A DNA stretch of 64,000 nucleotides from Longimicrobiales bacterium (lineage in GTDB: Bacteria; Gemmatimonadota; Gemmatimonadetes; Longimicrobiales; Gaopeijiaceae): positions 1,472,001-1,536,000 of the forward strand of contig OZ250165.1 of the NCBI GenBank assembly GCA_965238005.1. The letters are read 5' to 3'. A program made the translations under genes and the position numbers. Below are positions 29,185 to 39,238 of this stretch, in pieces; the stretch's first letter is position 1, and the number at the start of each line of letters is the position of its first letter. The notes beneath the pieces were generated by a model. It was not told the origin of the DNA and ran no database searches. It was given only the letters and a program-made list of their open reading frames with translations.

Positions 29185-29850
29185 ATCGGGGCTTCCGGCG
29201 CGCGGTCACGACCATCTAAGATCGTCTGCATAGGGCGCAACTACCACGCCCACGCCGCGGAGTTGGGGAATGTCGTCCCCGACGAGCCGCTCATCTTCCT
29301 CAAGCCGCCCTCCAGCGTCATCGGTCCCGGGGCGCCCATCGTCGTCCCGTCCGGAGTGGGGAGGGTCGACTACGAGGGTGAGATCGGAATCCGAATCGGT
29401 GTTCCCGCCCGGTATGTGCCCGAGGCGGGGGCGTGGGGGGTCGTGGACGGGGTCTTGCCGTTGAACGATGTGACGGCACGAGACCTACAGCGGAAAGACA
29501 GCCAGTGGTCCAGGGCAAAGGGGTTCGACACGTTCTGTCCCCTTGGCTCCGTCTCTCCCTTCGGCTCCGACTCTCCCCTCGAGCCCGACGACTTTCCGGA
29601 GCTGGTGCTCGTCACTCGGGTCAACGGCGTGGAGCGCCAGAGGGCTCCGGCTTCCGAGATGGTGTTCTCCGTCCCGATGTTGATCGCGTACATCTCCCGA
29701 ATCATGACGCTCGATCCCGGTGACGTCATTGCCACCGGGACGCCCGAGGGGATCGGTGCGCTGGAGCCGGGCGACGAGGTCGAGGTGGAGATCGAGGGGG
29801 TGGGTACGCTTCGGAATCCCGTGGTGGGGGAGGAGGACGGTGGCGCCTAA
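29185..29850 (+). CDS. Fumarylacetoacetate hydrolase family protein (start uncertain)
   Basis: KIVCIGRNY (upstream of the first canonical start), FLKP, DYEGE, NDVTARD, KGFDTFCP, TGTPEG. Confidence 0.9.
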   Translation: MGASGARSRPSKIVCIGRNYHAHAAELGNVVPDEPLIFLKPPSSVIGPGAPIVVPSGVGRVDYEGEIGIRIGVPARYVPEAGAWGVVDGVLPLNDVTARDLQRKDSQWSRAKGFDTFCPLGSVSPFGSDSPLEPDDFPELVLVTRVNGVERQRAPASEMVFSVPMLIAYISRIMTLDPGDVIATGTPEGIGALEPGDEVEVEIEGVGTLRNPVVGEEDGGA

Positions 29851-31009
29851 GCGAAGCCGGTCGTTCCTCAGCCTCCCGGGCTATCCCCTGGCAGGCATCC
29901 CGGAAAAGCGTCGGCGTTTGGCGGCTGCCGGAGTCGACGTCATCGATCTGGGAGCTGGGGACGCCGATCTCGACCCGCCTCCGGCGGCGGTTGCACGACT
30001 CGCCGAGGCGGCCGAGCAGCGTGAGATGTCTCGCTACCCCTTCCAGTTGGGTCTGCCCGCGTTCCGCGAGTCGGTGGCCGCGTGGATGGAAAAGCGCTTC
30101 GGTGTTCGTCTCGATCCCTACCAGGAAGTGCTGCCTCTTCTGGGCTCCAAGGAGGGTATCGCCAACCTGCCGCTAGCCTTCCTCGACCCGGGGGACGTGG
30201 CGGTAATCCCTGATCCGGGCTACCAATCGTACAGGGGAGGAGTGATCCTCGCCGGGGGAGAGCCGCACCTCGTGCCCCTCCGTCCCGAGAACGACTTCCT
30301 GATTCCTCTGGACGACTTTCCAGAGGAAGTGCGGTCGCGAATTCGGATGCTCTACCTGAACTATCCGAACAACCCGACGGCCGCTTCGGCGCCACAGAAG
30401 TATCTCAGGGACGCGGTGGACTTCTGCCGCGAGAACGATGCCGTGTTGGTCTACGATCACGCCTACAGCGAGATCGCCTTTAACGGGTATCGCCCTCCGA
30501 GCGTCTTGGAGTCGGAGGATTCGGGTGGAGTGGCCCTGGAGTTCCATTCCTTTTCGAAGACCTACAACATGACGGGGTGGCGCCTGGGATGGGCGGCCGG
30601 CGGAGCCGAGCTGATCGAGGTCCTGTCGAAGGTGAAGACGTTCGTCGACACCGGTGTGTTCAAGGCCGTGCAGGCAGCTGGAGCCGCGGCCCTCGAGTCC
30701 TATGACGAGTGGGTGCCAGGCAACGTGGCTCGTTTCGAGCGTCGGCGGGACGTCGCGGTGGAGAGCCTGCGGGAGGCCGGCTTCGCGGTGACGGTGCCCA
30801 AAGCCACTATGTATCTCTGGGTCCCCGTGCCCGGAGACGCATCTTCACTGGCTTTCGCGGAGCGCGCACTGGAGGAGGAGGGCGTTGTGATCCTCCCCGG
30901 CGCGGCACTCGGCGCGGGGGGTGAGGGATTCTTCAGAGTGGCGCTCACTGTCGACGAAGAGCGCATCAGGGAGGCGGCGGGGAGATTGGGGAGGCTCATC
31001 CGGGGTTGA
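29840..31009 (+). CDS. Class I/II PLP aminotransferase, LL-diaminopimelate aminotransferase-like
   Basis: GSKEGI, LNYPNNPT, DHAYSE, SFSKTYNMTGWRLG; GGAGG RBS before GTG 29840. Confidence 0.85.
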   Translation: MAPKRSRSFLSLPGYPLAGIPEKRRRLAAAGVDVIDLGAGDADLDPPPAAVARLAEAAEQREMSRYPFQLGLPAFRESVAAWMEKRFGVRLDPYQEVLPLLGSKEGIANLPLAFLDPGDVAVIPDPGYQSYRGGVILAGGEPHLVPLRPENDFLIPLDDFPEEVRSRIRMLYLNYPNNPTAASAPQKYLRDAVDFCRENDAVLVYDHAYSEIAFNGYRPPSVLESEDSGGVALEFHSFSKTYNMTGWRLGWAAGGAELIEVLSKVKTFVDTGVFKAVQAAGAAALESYDEWVPGNVARFERRRDVAVESLREAGFAVTVPKATMYLWVPVPGDASSLAFAERALEEEGVVILPGAALGAGGEGFFRVALTVDEERIREAAGRLGRLIRG

Positions 31010-31075
31010 GGGAGGGCCCCTGGCGACGAGGCGCTCCTAGAGGAACCGCCATTCCAAGGGGGCGTACAAGAGCCG

Positions 31076-31927
31076 ATGACAGCACCGAAGGCTTTTGACC
31101 GCCATTCGGGACATGGGTTGACCGACAACCCTCGCCCCTCTCACCGCCGTGTGATGTCGCTCGGGTTCGGCCTGTCGGCTAGCCTCCACCTCATCCTCAT
31201 CATCCTGTACTCCTTCGGCCTCAACGAGTGGGGTCCGAGGGAGAACCGCGTGGGTGTGGAATCCGTCTCCAGGCCGTTTTTCGGCATGCGTGTGGTTCAG
31301 GTGGTGGAGATCTCATCGCCCGAGGCTCCTGCCGAAGCTCCTCGAGAAGAGCCGGAGCCCGATCCGGAGCCGGAGGTGCAAGGACCGGAGCCGGCCGTCG
31401 GCCCGGCCCGAGAGGGCCCGGACGAGGAGGAGGACACCAGGGGTGTGGTACGGGCCGCAGATGCGCTGAGAGTGCGGAGCTCCGATGCCCGGCTCTGGCG
31501 TGCCGCTCTTCCGGAGATCTTCGAGCTCACGGAGGCCGAAAGGCTTCAGTTGGAGCTGGCCGGCCGCCTCGAAGCGTGGAACGACTCGGTGGCCGCCGTC
31601 ATCTCGGCCGAGACGGCCTTGACCGACTGGACGATGACGGATGACCAAGGCAACCGTTGGGGTGTGTCTCCTGGAAAGCTCCATCTCGGAAGCCTGACGC
31701 TACCCCTGCCGTTCAGGTTCGGAGGCACGACGTGGCAGCGCGAGCGGGCCGCAAGGCGGGCGTGGGAGGATGCGGACATCTTCAACAGCGTCAGCTCCCA
31801 GGCCGCCCGGGCCAGCTGGGTGGAGCGGGCCAGAGCCATCCGCGAGCGGAAGGAAAGGCAGCGCCGAGAGGCCGAGCAGAGGCCCGATACGACCCGCAGC
31901 TCTGGAGTCAGCCCCCCCCCCCGCTAG
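31076..31927 (+). CDS. Hypothetical membrane-anchored protein with Pro/Glu linker (TonB-like N-terminus)
   Basis: TM with SxxLH motif followed by EPEP repeats. Confidence 0.6.
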   Translation: MTAPKAFDRHSGHGLTDNPRPSHRRVMSLGFGLSASLHLILIILYSFGLNEWGPRENRVGVESVSRPFFGMRVVQVVEISSPEAPAEAPREEPEPDPEPEVQGPEPAVGPAREGPDEEEDTRGVVRAADALRVRSSDARLWRAALPEIFELTEAERLQLELAGRLEAWNDSVAAVISAETALTDWTMTDDQGNRWGVSPGKLHLGSLTLPLPFRFGGTTWQRERAARRAWEDADIFNSVSSQAARASWVERARAIRERKERQRREAEQRPDTTRSSGVSPPPR

Positions 31928-32069
31928 GTGCCGCCGTCGCAGGAAATAACTCTTTCCTTCCCAGGGTAACTCTTTTCCTCCCCAGGATGAGCCGCAATAT
32001 TCAAATGTTCCCCTAGGCTCTTCCTTTTCGTGACTTCGGCCTGGGGCTTCACTCCAGTGACGGACCGTC

Positions 32070-33395
32070 GTGCACGAACTGCGCTCAGATCCGGGTCGTG
32101 GCATCTACGTGGGTCTTTTGGAGGCCCTCGTCCAGGTCATGGGGATGGCCAAGGGCTACCTATTCGGCCATGGGCCCCAGGTCGCAATGCTCGCCACACG
32201 CCTTGCCGATCAACTGGGAGTGCGGGGCCGCGAGCGGTCGGAGATCCTGTTCGCGGCTATCCTCTCGGATGTGGGCATGATCGGCCTCGTGGAGGAAGCC
32301 TGGGAGAATCCCGTTCTAGTTCTGCCCTCCGACGAACGAGCCCGGGTCTCGGAGCATCCGGAGCGTAGCGAGCGCACCATCAAGCAGATCGCGCACCTCG
32401 GCTCGCTGGCGCCACTGGTGCGGCATCATCACGAGTGGTGGGACGGTACCGGATATCCCGACGGCCTCAAGAGTGACGAGATTTCGGTCGGAGCACAGAT
32501 CCTGCGCCTGGCCGACACGGTCGTGGCCCTCGGCGCCACCCGTCCTCATCGTGGCCCCCTGTCTCCACCGGAGATCATGGCTGTGATCGGCGAGGGATCG
32601 CGGAAGGAGTTCGGGCCCATGGTGGCCGAAGCGTACCTCGCCTTAGCGCGTAGCAACAGGTTGCCGGATTTCCACAACTCCGTATTCCACCGGGCCTGTC
32701 TCGATGCCGCTTCCGAGCTGATTCCCGAGGAAGTCTCGCCGCTGTCGACTCATGAGTTCCTGGACATCGTAGCGACCCTCATCGACGCCAAGGACCCCTA
32801 TACGGCGGGGCATTCGCGACGGGTAGCGAGCCTGGCCACGGTCCTGGCGGAGCGCATGGGCCTGAACCCCCAGATTCGTGAGACGACGTGGGAGGCCGGA
32901 TGCCTTCACGATCTCGGCAAGGTTAGCGTTCCTCTCCGGGTCCTTACGAAAGACGGTCCACTCGACGACGAAGAGCGTCTGAGCATTCAGGCCCACGCGG
33001 CGGCTGGTGCCGAGATCCTGGGAGGCATTCCCGGCCTCAAACACCTGTCGCCGGGATGTCGATACCATCACGAGCGATGGGACGGCCGGGGGTATCCGGA
33101 GGGTCTCTCCGGCGACCGTATTCCCATGGTCGCCCAGATCCTGGGCGTCTGTGACACCTACGACACCATGACGTCGGGGAGAGTGTACAGAGCTGCGCGC
33201 TCCCACCGGGACGCCGTCGACGAGATCGCGAGGTCGGCGGGCACGCAGTTCGGTCCCGGCGTGGTGGACCATTTCGTCCAGCTTCCGGGTCACGTCTTCA
33301 ACAATATCTGGAGCCCGGAGAAGACCTTGAAGGGTTGGCTGGAACGCACCCTGGGCAGCCGCCGCAAGGTCGTCGGTCGCTTCAGCGCCAACTGA
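32070..33395 (+). CDS. Tandem HD-GYP domain protein (putative cyclic di-nucleotide phosphodiesterase)
   Basis: Domain 1 LSDVG...HHEWWDGTGYP (HD degenerate); domain 2 HSRRV, LHDLGK, HHERWDGRGYP. Confidence 0.9.
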   Translation: MHELRSDPGRGIYVGLLEALVQVMGMAKGYLFGHGPQVAMLATRLADQLGVRGRERSEILFAAILSDVGMIGLVEEAWENPVLVLPSDERARVSEHPERSERTIKQIAHLGSLAPLVRHHHEWWDGTGYPDGLKSDEISVGAQILRLADTVVALGATRPHRGPLSPPEIMAVIGEGSRKEFGPMVAEAYLALARSNRLPDFHNSVFHRACLDAASELIPEEVSPLSTHEFLDIVATLIDAKDPYTAGHSRRVASLATVLAERMGLNPQIRETTWEAGCLHDLGKVSVPLRVLTKDGPLDDEERLSIQAHAAAGAEILGGIPGLKHLSPGCRYHHERWDGRGYPEGLSGDRIPMVAQILGVCDTYDTMTSGRVYRAARSHRDAVDEIARSAGTQFGPGVVDHFVQLPGHVFNNIWSPEKTLKGWLERTLGSRRKVVGRFSAN

Positions 33396-33542
33396 TTCTA
33401 GGCGGTCGAGCGCGCCCTTCGCGCACTCCGGGAACACCCTGACTCTCACCGGCGTATTGTCCGGCCCCCGATGCCCCCCGCGGTCTTGGCTTGGGCCGGG
33501 ACGAACCCTAAGCTAGTTCCAGACTTCCTGACAGGAGCGACC

Positions 33543-36299
33543 GTGGCCGACGCGTTGCCACCTCGCCTAGATCCGAAGACCATCGAAGGCCCGCTCTACG
33601 AGCAGTGGAGCGGGCGCGGGTACTTCCACGCCGAGTCCGAAGCCGTCGTGGCCGAGGGACGGGCCCCCTTCGTCATCGTGATTCCACCCCCTAATGTGAC
33701 GGCGGTCCTTCACATGGGGCATGGGCTCAACAACACCATCCAGGACGTCCTCATCCGCTGGAGGCGGATGCAGGGGCGGGTCTCACTCTGGGTTCCCGGA
33801 ACGGACCACGCGGGTATCGCCACACAGAACGTGGTGGAGCGGCGGCTCGCCGCCGAAGGCACGTCCAGGCACGATCTGGGCCGCGAAGCCTTCGCTGAGC
33901 AGGTGTGGAGCTACGTGAACCGGACCGGGGGAACGATTCTCGAGCAGCTCAAGGTCATCGGTTCGAGCTGTGACTGGGAGCGCACACGATTCACCCTGGA
34001 CGACGGCCTCAGCCAGGCGGTCCGGGAGGTGTTCGTACGCCTCTACGAGAAGGACCTGATCTACCGGGGCGAGTACATCATCAACTGGTGTCCCCGCTGT
34101 CTGACGGCCCTCTCCAACGAAGAGGCCGAAGGTGAAGAGGTGGAGGGCAGGCTCTATCATCTCCGTTATCCCGTCACCGGGAGCGCCGCCGCCGGCGCCG
34201 AGTCCGCCCGGGAGGCGGGTGCGGATGCCATCGGACGGCTTCCGGACGGGCGCTGGTACCTCACGGTCTCCACGACGCGTCCGGAGACCATGCTGGGTGA
34301 TACCGCTGTTGCCGTCAGTCCCGAGGATCCGCGCTATTCGGCGCTGGTCGGGGCGGATGCCGAGCTCCCGCTCACTGGACGTACCATTCCGATCATCGCC
34401 GACGAGCTCGTGGATCCCGAGTTCGGCTCGGGCATGGTGAAGGTCACGCCGGCCCACGCCCCCAACGACTTCGAGATGGCCCAGCGCTCGGGAGTACCGC
34501 TCCTCAACGTCATGACGCCCGATGCCAGGATGAACGAAAACGCCCCAGAGGCGTTTCAGGGTCTGGATCGCTTCGAGGCCCGGAATCGGGTTCTCGAGGC
34601 CTTCGAGGAGCTGGGGCTGGGCGGGGGCGACGATCCGTACACCCACTCGATCCCACACTGCTATCGCTGCCACACCGTGGTGGAGCCACGCCTGAGCGAA
34701 CAGTGGTTCGTGCGCATGAAGCCGTTGGCCGAGCCCGCCCTCCAGGCCTCACGAGACGGCACCATCGCCTTCACTCCCGTGCACTGGAAGAAGGTGTACG
34801 AGAACTGGATGGAGAACATCCGGGACTGGTGCATCTCCAGGCAGCTCTGGTGGGGCCACCGCATCCCGGTCTGGTACTGCGGCGACTGCGAGGCGACCAT
34901 CGTGGCCCGGCAGGATCCAGACCGATGCGACTCCTGTGGCGGCACCGACCTGAACCAGGATCCGGACGTGCTGGATACCTGGTTCTCGTCGTGGCTATGG
35001 CCCTTCTCCGTGTTCGGTTGGCCCGAGGAGACCGAGGACCTGAAGGCGTTCTATCCCACCCACGACATGACTACCGCCCCGGAGATCCTCTTCTTCTGGG
35101 TAGCCCGCATGATCATGGCCGGATACGAGTTCATGGGAGAGGCACCCTTCACCCGGGTGTATCTGCACGGGACCGTGCGGGACAAGCAGGGCAGGAAGAT
35201 GTCGAAGTCCCTGGGCAACGGCATCGACCCCATCGAGGTGGTGGAGCTCTTCGGTGCGGACGCGCTCCGCTTCACGCTGCTCTCCTCGGCTGGCATCGGC
35301 ACCGATATCTACCTGGACCCCGAGGACCTGGAGGCATCGTTCTCTCCTGGACGAAACTTCGCAAACAAGGTCTGGAACGCGGGGCGCTTCGCCCTCATGA
35401 GCCTGGGGGACGAGCCGGTGCCTTCCATGGGAGCGGTGGAGGACGCCTTGCGGCTCGAGGATCGTTGGATCTTGTCTCGCCTACAGCGGGCCGTGACCGA
35501 CGTCACCGAGGATCTGGAGCGCTTCCGGCTCCACGAGGTGTCCGATCGCCTCTATCACTTCGTGTGGGGCGACTTCGCCGACTGGTACCTGGAGCTCATC
35601 AAGCCCCGTATGCAAGGTGAGTCGGGTGATGACAGCCTGCACGCGGCGCGAGCGACGCTCGTCGTGGTCCTGGACAGTATCTGTCGCCTTCTTCACCCAC
35701 TCACGCCGTTCGTGACATCGGCGCTCTGGGATCGACTCCCGTTTCCCGAAGGGGCCGAACGTCCCGAGGCGCTCATGATCGCGGCATGGCCCGAGGCGGA
35801 CGAATCGCGCCTCGATACCGAGGCCGAGGTACGCCTGGCGGAGCTCCAGGAGCTCATCACCCAGGTGCGGAGTCTCCGGAAGGAGTACGGAGTCTCGGAG
35901 GGTATGGGCGTCACGGTGAAGTTAACCGGTCTCCAGGACGGGTTCCGCGCCATGGTGGAGGAACAGGGGACAGCCCTGCGGCGACTCGCTCGAGTGGATG
36001 TTTGCGAGGTGGACAGCTCGGCGGACGGTGTGGGTGCCCACGCCGTTCTGAAGAACGGGGCCGAGTTGTACCTTCCACTCGAGGGGGTCATCGACATCGC
36101 CCGCGAGCGTGAGCGGCTTCAGGGAGAGATCCAGCGCTTGAGTGGACAGATGGATAAGGCGCGGGAGAGGCTTGCGAACGAGCGGTTCGTGCAACAGGCG
36201 CCGGCGGAAGTGGTGGAGCGTGAGCAGGAAAAAGCACGGAGCTTCGAGGAGCAGATGGACAAGCTCACGAACAAGCTCGCAACGCTCGCTGAAGGCTGA
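33543..36299 (+). CDS. valS: Valine--tRNA ligase
   Basis: PPPNVT..HMGH, DWCISRQLWWGH, KMSKS, C-terminal coiled coil; AGGAG RBS before GTG 33543. Confidence 0.97.
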   Translation: MADALPPRLDPKTIEGPLYEQWSGRGYFHAESEAVVAEGRAPFVIVIPPPNVTAVLHMGHGLNNTIQDVLIRWRRMQGRVSLWVPGTDHAGIATQNVVERRLAAEGTSRHDLGREAFAEQVWSYVNRTGGTILEQLKVIGSSCDWERTRFTLDDGLSQAVREVFVRLYEKDLIYRGEYIINWCPRCLTALSNEEAEGEEVEGRLYHLRYPVTGSAAAGAESAREAGADAIGRLPDGRWYLTVSTTRPETMLGDTAVAVSPEDPRYSALVGADAELPLTGRTIPIIADELVDPEFGSGMVKVTPAHAPNDFEMAQRSGVPLLNVMTPDARMNENAPEAFQGLDRFEARNRVLEAFEELGLGGGDDPYTHSIPHCYRCHTVVEPRLSEQWFVRMKPLAEPALQASRDGTIAFTPVHWKKVYENWMENIRDWCISRQLWWGHRIPVWYCGDCEATIVARQDPDRCDSCGGTDLNQDPDVLDTWFSSWLWPFSVFGWPEETEDLKAFYPTHDMTTAPEILFFWVARMIMAGYEFMGEAPFTRVYLHGTVRDKQGRKMSKSLGNGIDPIEVVELFGADALRFTLLSSAGIGTDIYLDPEDLEASFSPGRNFANKVWNAGRFALMSLGDEPVPSMGAVEDALRLEDRWILSRLQRAVTDVTEDLERFRLHEVSDRLYHFVWGDFADWYLELIKPRMQGESGDDSLHAARATLVVVLDSICRLLHPLTPFVTSALWDRLPFPEGAERPEALMIAAWPEADESRLDTEAEVRLAELQELITQVRSLRKEYGVSEGMGVTVKLTGLQDGFRAMVEEQGTALRRLARVDVCEVDSSADGVGAHAVLKNGAELYLPLEGVIDIARERERLQGEIQRLSGQMDKARERLANERFVQQAPAEVVEREQEKARSFEEQMDKLTNKLATLAEG

Positions 36300-36321
36300 T
36301 CGACAGCCGGGCATCCGGACC

Positions 36322-37851
36322 ATGAGTGGATCGGGGAGTGCGCTGCGGAGCGACTACGCGGGGGGGATCTTCGCTCTCCTCGCCGTCGGATCGTGCGCGA
36401 GCCCGCAGGGGCCGCCAGGAGGCCCCCCGGATCTGTCGGGTCCACAGGTCGTCGCTACCGTCCCGGACACGTTCGCCCTGATCGAGGCCTTCGACGGGCC
36501 GATCCGAATCACCTTCAACGAGCGGATCAGTGAGCGAGGTGCGTCCGGCTCCCTGGATCAAGCGGTTCAGGTTTCCCCCGAGTCAGGAGAGATCGAGGTT
36601 CGCCACAGGAAAGACGGCCTGGAAGTCAGCATGGAGGGTGGGTTCCTAACCGACCTCGTTTATCGGGTCACCGTGCTGCCCACCGTACAGGACCTCTTCC
36701 GGAACGCCATGCCTCAGCCCTTCGAGTTCGTATTCTCCACGGGGGCCGAAATGGTGCCCAACGCCTTAGCCGGCATGGTGTTCGATCGGCTCACAAGCGA
36801 GCCGATGGAAGGCGTCCGTGTCTCGGCGCGATTTCAACCTCTCGTCGTGGGTGGCATAGGGGAGGCCCGGGGGCCGACGCACGTGGCCATCTCGGACACC
36901 AGTGGCGTATTCGCGTTCCGGTATCTACCGCCGGTGGGCCGTTACGTCCTGACGGCTTTCGCAGATGTGAACAGAAACAGGGAGGCCGATTTCTTCGAGC
37001 CGGTGGGGGGCGCGTTTCAGGCCATAAACGGGGCGGACACGGTCTTCGCCGATATCACCCTCCTGCGCCCGGACACCACGGCCGCCATCGTCAGCGACGC
37101 GGAGGTGGTCGATTCGGTGACGGTGACGGTGGAGTTCGACGACTACCTCGACCCCGACACAGCCCTCACCGGTGTCTTGGCCACGCTCCAGCTGGATTCG
37201 CTCCCCGCCGGGATCGGAGTTCGGGAGATCATGCACGAGCGGGAGTATCTGATCCGTACCAAGGCTCTTGAGGACTCCCTGCGGATGGCGGACTCCCTTC
37301 GGATCCTCGAGTCTATCCGAGTGGCCGACTCCCTCCGCGCGGCGGGTGACTCCGTAGCTGCCACCGAGGTCGACGAGGCCCGGCCCGGGCCGCGACCTGC
37401 TCCGCCGGTCGACCGACGGGAAGACGAGACGAGGGACCTTCCCAAGCGGATGATCTACCTCCTCCTGAGCGACACGCTGATCGCCGAGGAGACATACGAG
37501 TTGTCCGTATCCGGGGTCACCAACATCAACGGGGTCGCCGGCGGGGGTGGAACCGCCGAGATTCTCCGCGCGGCACCTCCCGTGGACTCGGTGGCGATCG
37601 CGGACTCCATCCTGGCTGCCGACTCCGCTGCGGCCGCGCTCGACACGATACCCCAGGATACGATTCCACCCGATACGATTCCCCGTGACACCATCAAGTC
37701 GGATACAACGGGGGTCGGTCCAGCCGGCGCGACGCTCCGGCGGGACATCCAGGCCGGGGCGATTCTCGAGCGGGGTGTTCGGGCGGGCGGCACGCCGCTC
37801 TCCACCCGCCGCCGCCGTTGGTTCAAGCGGGAGCTTCCCCCATGGAGGTGA
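36322..37851 (+). CDS. Lipoprotein with bacterial Ig-like domains
   Basis: Lipobox VGSC-A, PPGGPPD, ITFNERI; low-complexity DS/DTIP-rich C-terminus. Confidence 0.75.
   Translation: MSGSGSALRSDYAGGIFALLAVGSCASPQGPPGGPPDLSGPQVVATVPDTFALIEAFDGPIRITFNERISERGASGSLDQAVQVSPESGEIEVRHRKDGLEVSMEGGFLTDLVYRVTVLPTVQDLFRNAMPQPFEFVFSTGAEMVPNALAGMVFDRLTSEPMEGVRVSARFQPLVVGGIGEARGPTHVAISDTSGVFAFRYLPPVGRYVLTAFADVNRNREADFFEPVGGAFQAINGADTVFADITLLRPDTTAAIVSDAEVVDSVTVTVEFDDYLDPDTALTGVLATLQLDSLPAGIGVREIMHEREYLIRTKALEDSLRMADSLRILESIRVADSLRAAGDSVAATEVDEARPGPRPAPPVDRREDETRDLPKRMIYLLLSDTLIAEETYELSVSGVTNINGVAGGGGTAEILRAAPPVDSVAIADSILAADSAAAALDTIPQDTIPPDTIPRDTIKSDTTGVGPAGATLRRDIQAGAILERGVRAGGTPLSTRRRRWFKRELPPWR
37642..37704 (+). 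repeat. Imperfect 15-bp coding tandem repeat (DTIPx, about 4 copies)
   Basis: Encodes DTIPQ DTIPP DTIPR DTIKS D. Confidence 0.75.
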
Positions 37852-37852
37852 C

Positions 37853-39238
37853 GTGACCGACACCCGACGTCGCATTCCCTCGGTGGAGCAGATCCTGGAG
37901 TCTCCCGCATTCGAGAAGATCCTGGACAGTCATCCGCGAGGGCTTGTCCTGAGCCACCTCCGCGAGGAGGTCGACCGAGTCCGACGGGACATCGGAGCCG
38001 GCGCGGATCCGGGGGATCTGAAGGATTCCGGTCTCTATGCCGAGGCCGTGACACGGCGCCTGGAGACGGCCACGACACCCTCCCTTCGGTCCGTGATCAA
38101 CGGGACGGGGGTCGTCCTCCACACCAACTTGGGACGGGCAGCCCTGGCCCGGACGGCCCTCGAGGCCATGCAAGGGGCACGGGGATACTCCAACCTGGAG
38201 TACGACCTGGATGCCGGTCGGAGAGGATCCCGCTACGACCACTGTGCGGCGCTACTTCAGGAGCTGACCGGGGCGGAAGGCGCCCTGGTCGTGAACAACG
38301 GGGCTGCGGCCCTCGTCCTGGCGCTCAGCACCATGGCCGCCGGGCGGCGTGTCCTGGTGTCCAGGGGCGAGCTCGTAGAGATCGGCGGAGGCTTCCGCAT
38401 TCCCGAGATCATGGAGAGCTCGGGCGCCTTCCTGCGAGAGGTTGGAAGCACCAACCGTACGCGCCTACAGGACTACCGCGAGGCCCTGGTCGAGAGCGAT
38501 ACGGCCCTGATCCTGAAGGTGCACCGCTCCAACTTCCGGATCACGGGATTCACCGAAGAGGCGACGCTCCAGGAGCTTGCGGAGCTCGGGAAAGAGACGG
38601 GGATCGGGGTGGTCCATGACCTGGGCTCGGGCCTCCTGGTCGACCCCGAGCTCCTGGGTCTGCCGCCCGAGCCCCGCCCCACCGAGAGCCTGGCCGCCGG
38701 CGTGGACCTGGTCGCTTTCTCGGGGGACAAGCTCCTGGGTGGTCCCCAGGCGGGGATCCTACTCGGAAAGAGTGACTGGATCGACCGGATGCGGCGAAAT
38801 CCGCTCTGCAGGGCCCTCCGGGTCGGCAAGACCACCCTCATGGCCCTCGAGGCCACCCTTTGCCTCTACCGGGATCCGGATCGGGCGATCCGTGAGATCC
38901 CCGCGCTGGCGATGCTCTCGGCCGACCCGGAGACGCTACGAGAACGGGCGAGGGCGCTCGTCGAGGGGCTGTCCGCCGAAGGGGTCGAGGCCGAGGTGGT
39001 GGAGGCGTCCTCCGTGGTCGGCGGCGGAACGTTTCCGGGCGTCGAGCTGGCGAGCCATGGAATTCGGGTCCAGCCGGGCGAACAAGGGGCCGACGGGCTG
39101 GCGGGGGCATTGCGGTCCGCGTCCCCACCGCTCGTTGGGCGTATCGAGGACGGAGCACTGTGGATCGACCTACGGACCGTGCTCGAGTGGCAGGACTCCG
39201 AGGTGCTTCGCCTCCTTTCCGACCACGCCCGGTCGTGA
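37853..39238 (+). CDS. selA: L-seryl-tRNA(Sec) selenium transferase
   Basis: VINGTGVVLHTNLGRA, VSRGELVEIGGGFRIP, EVGSTNRT, FSGDKLLGGPQAG. Confidence 0.96.
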   Translation: MTDTRRRIPSVEQILESPAFEKILDSHPRGLVLSHLREEVDRVRRDIGAGADPGDLKDSGLYAEAVTRRLETATTPSLRSVINGTGVVLHTNLGRAALARTALEAMQGARGYSNLEYDLDAGRRGSRYDHCAALLQELTGAEGALVVNNGAAALVLALSTMAAGRRVLVSRGELVEIGGGFRIPEIMESSGAFLREVGSTNRTRLQDYREALVESDTALILKVHRSNFRITGFTEEATLQELAELGKETGIGVVHDLGSGLLVDPELLGLPPEPRPTESLAAGVDLVAFSGDKLLGGPQAGILLGKSDWIDRMRRNPLCRALRVGKTTLMALEATLCLYRDPDRAIREIPALAMLSADPETLRERARALVEGLSAEGVEAEVVEASSVVGGGTFPGVELASHGIRVQPGEQGADGLAGALRSASPPLVGRIEDGALWIDLRTVLEWQDSEVLRLLSDHARS

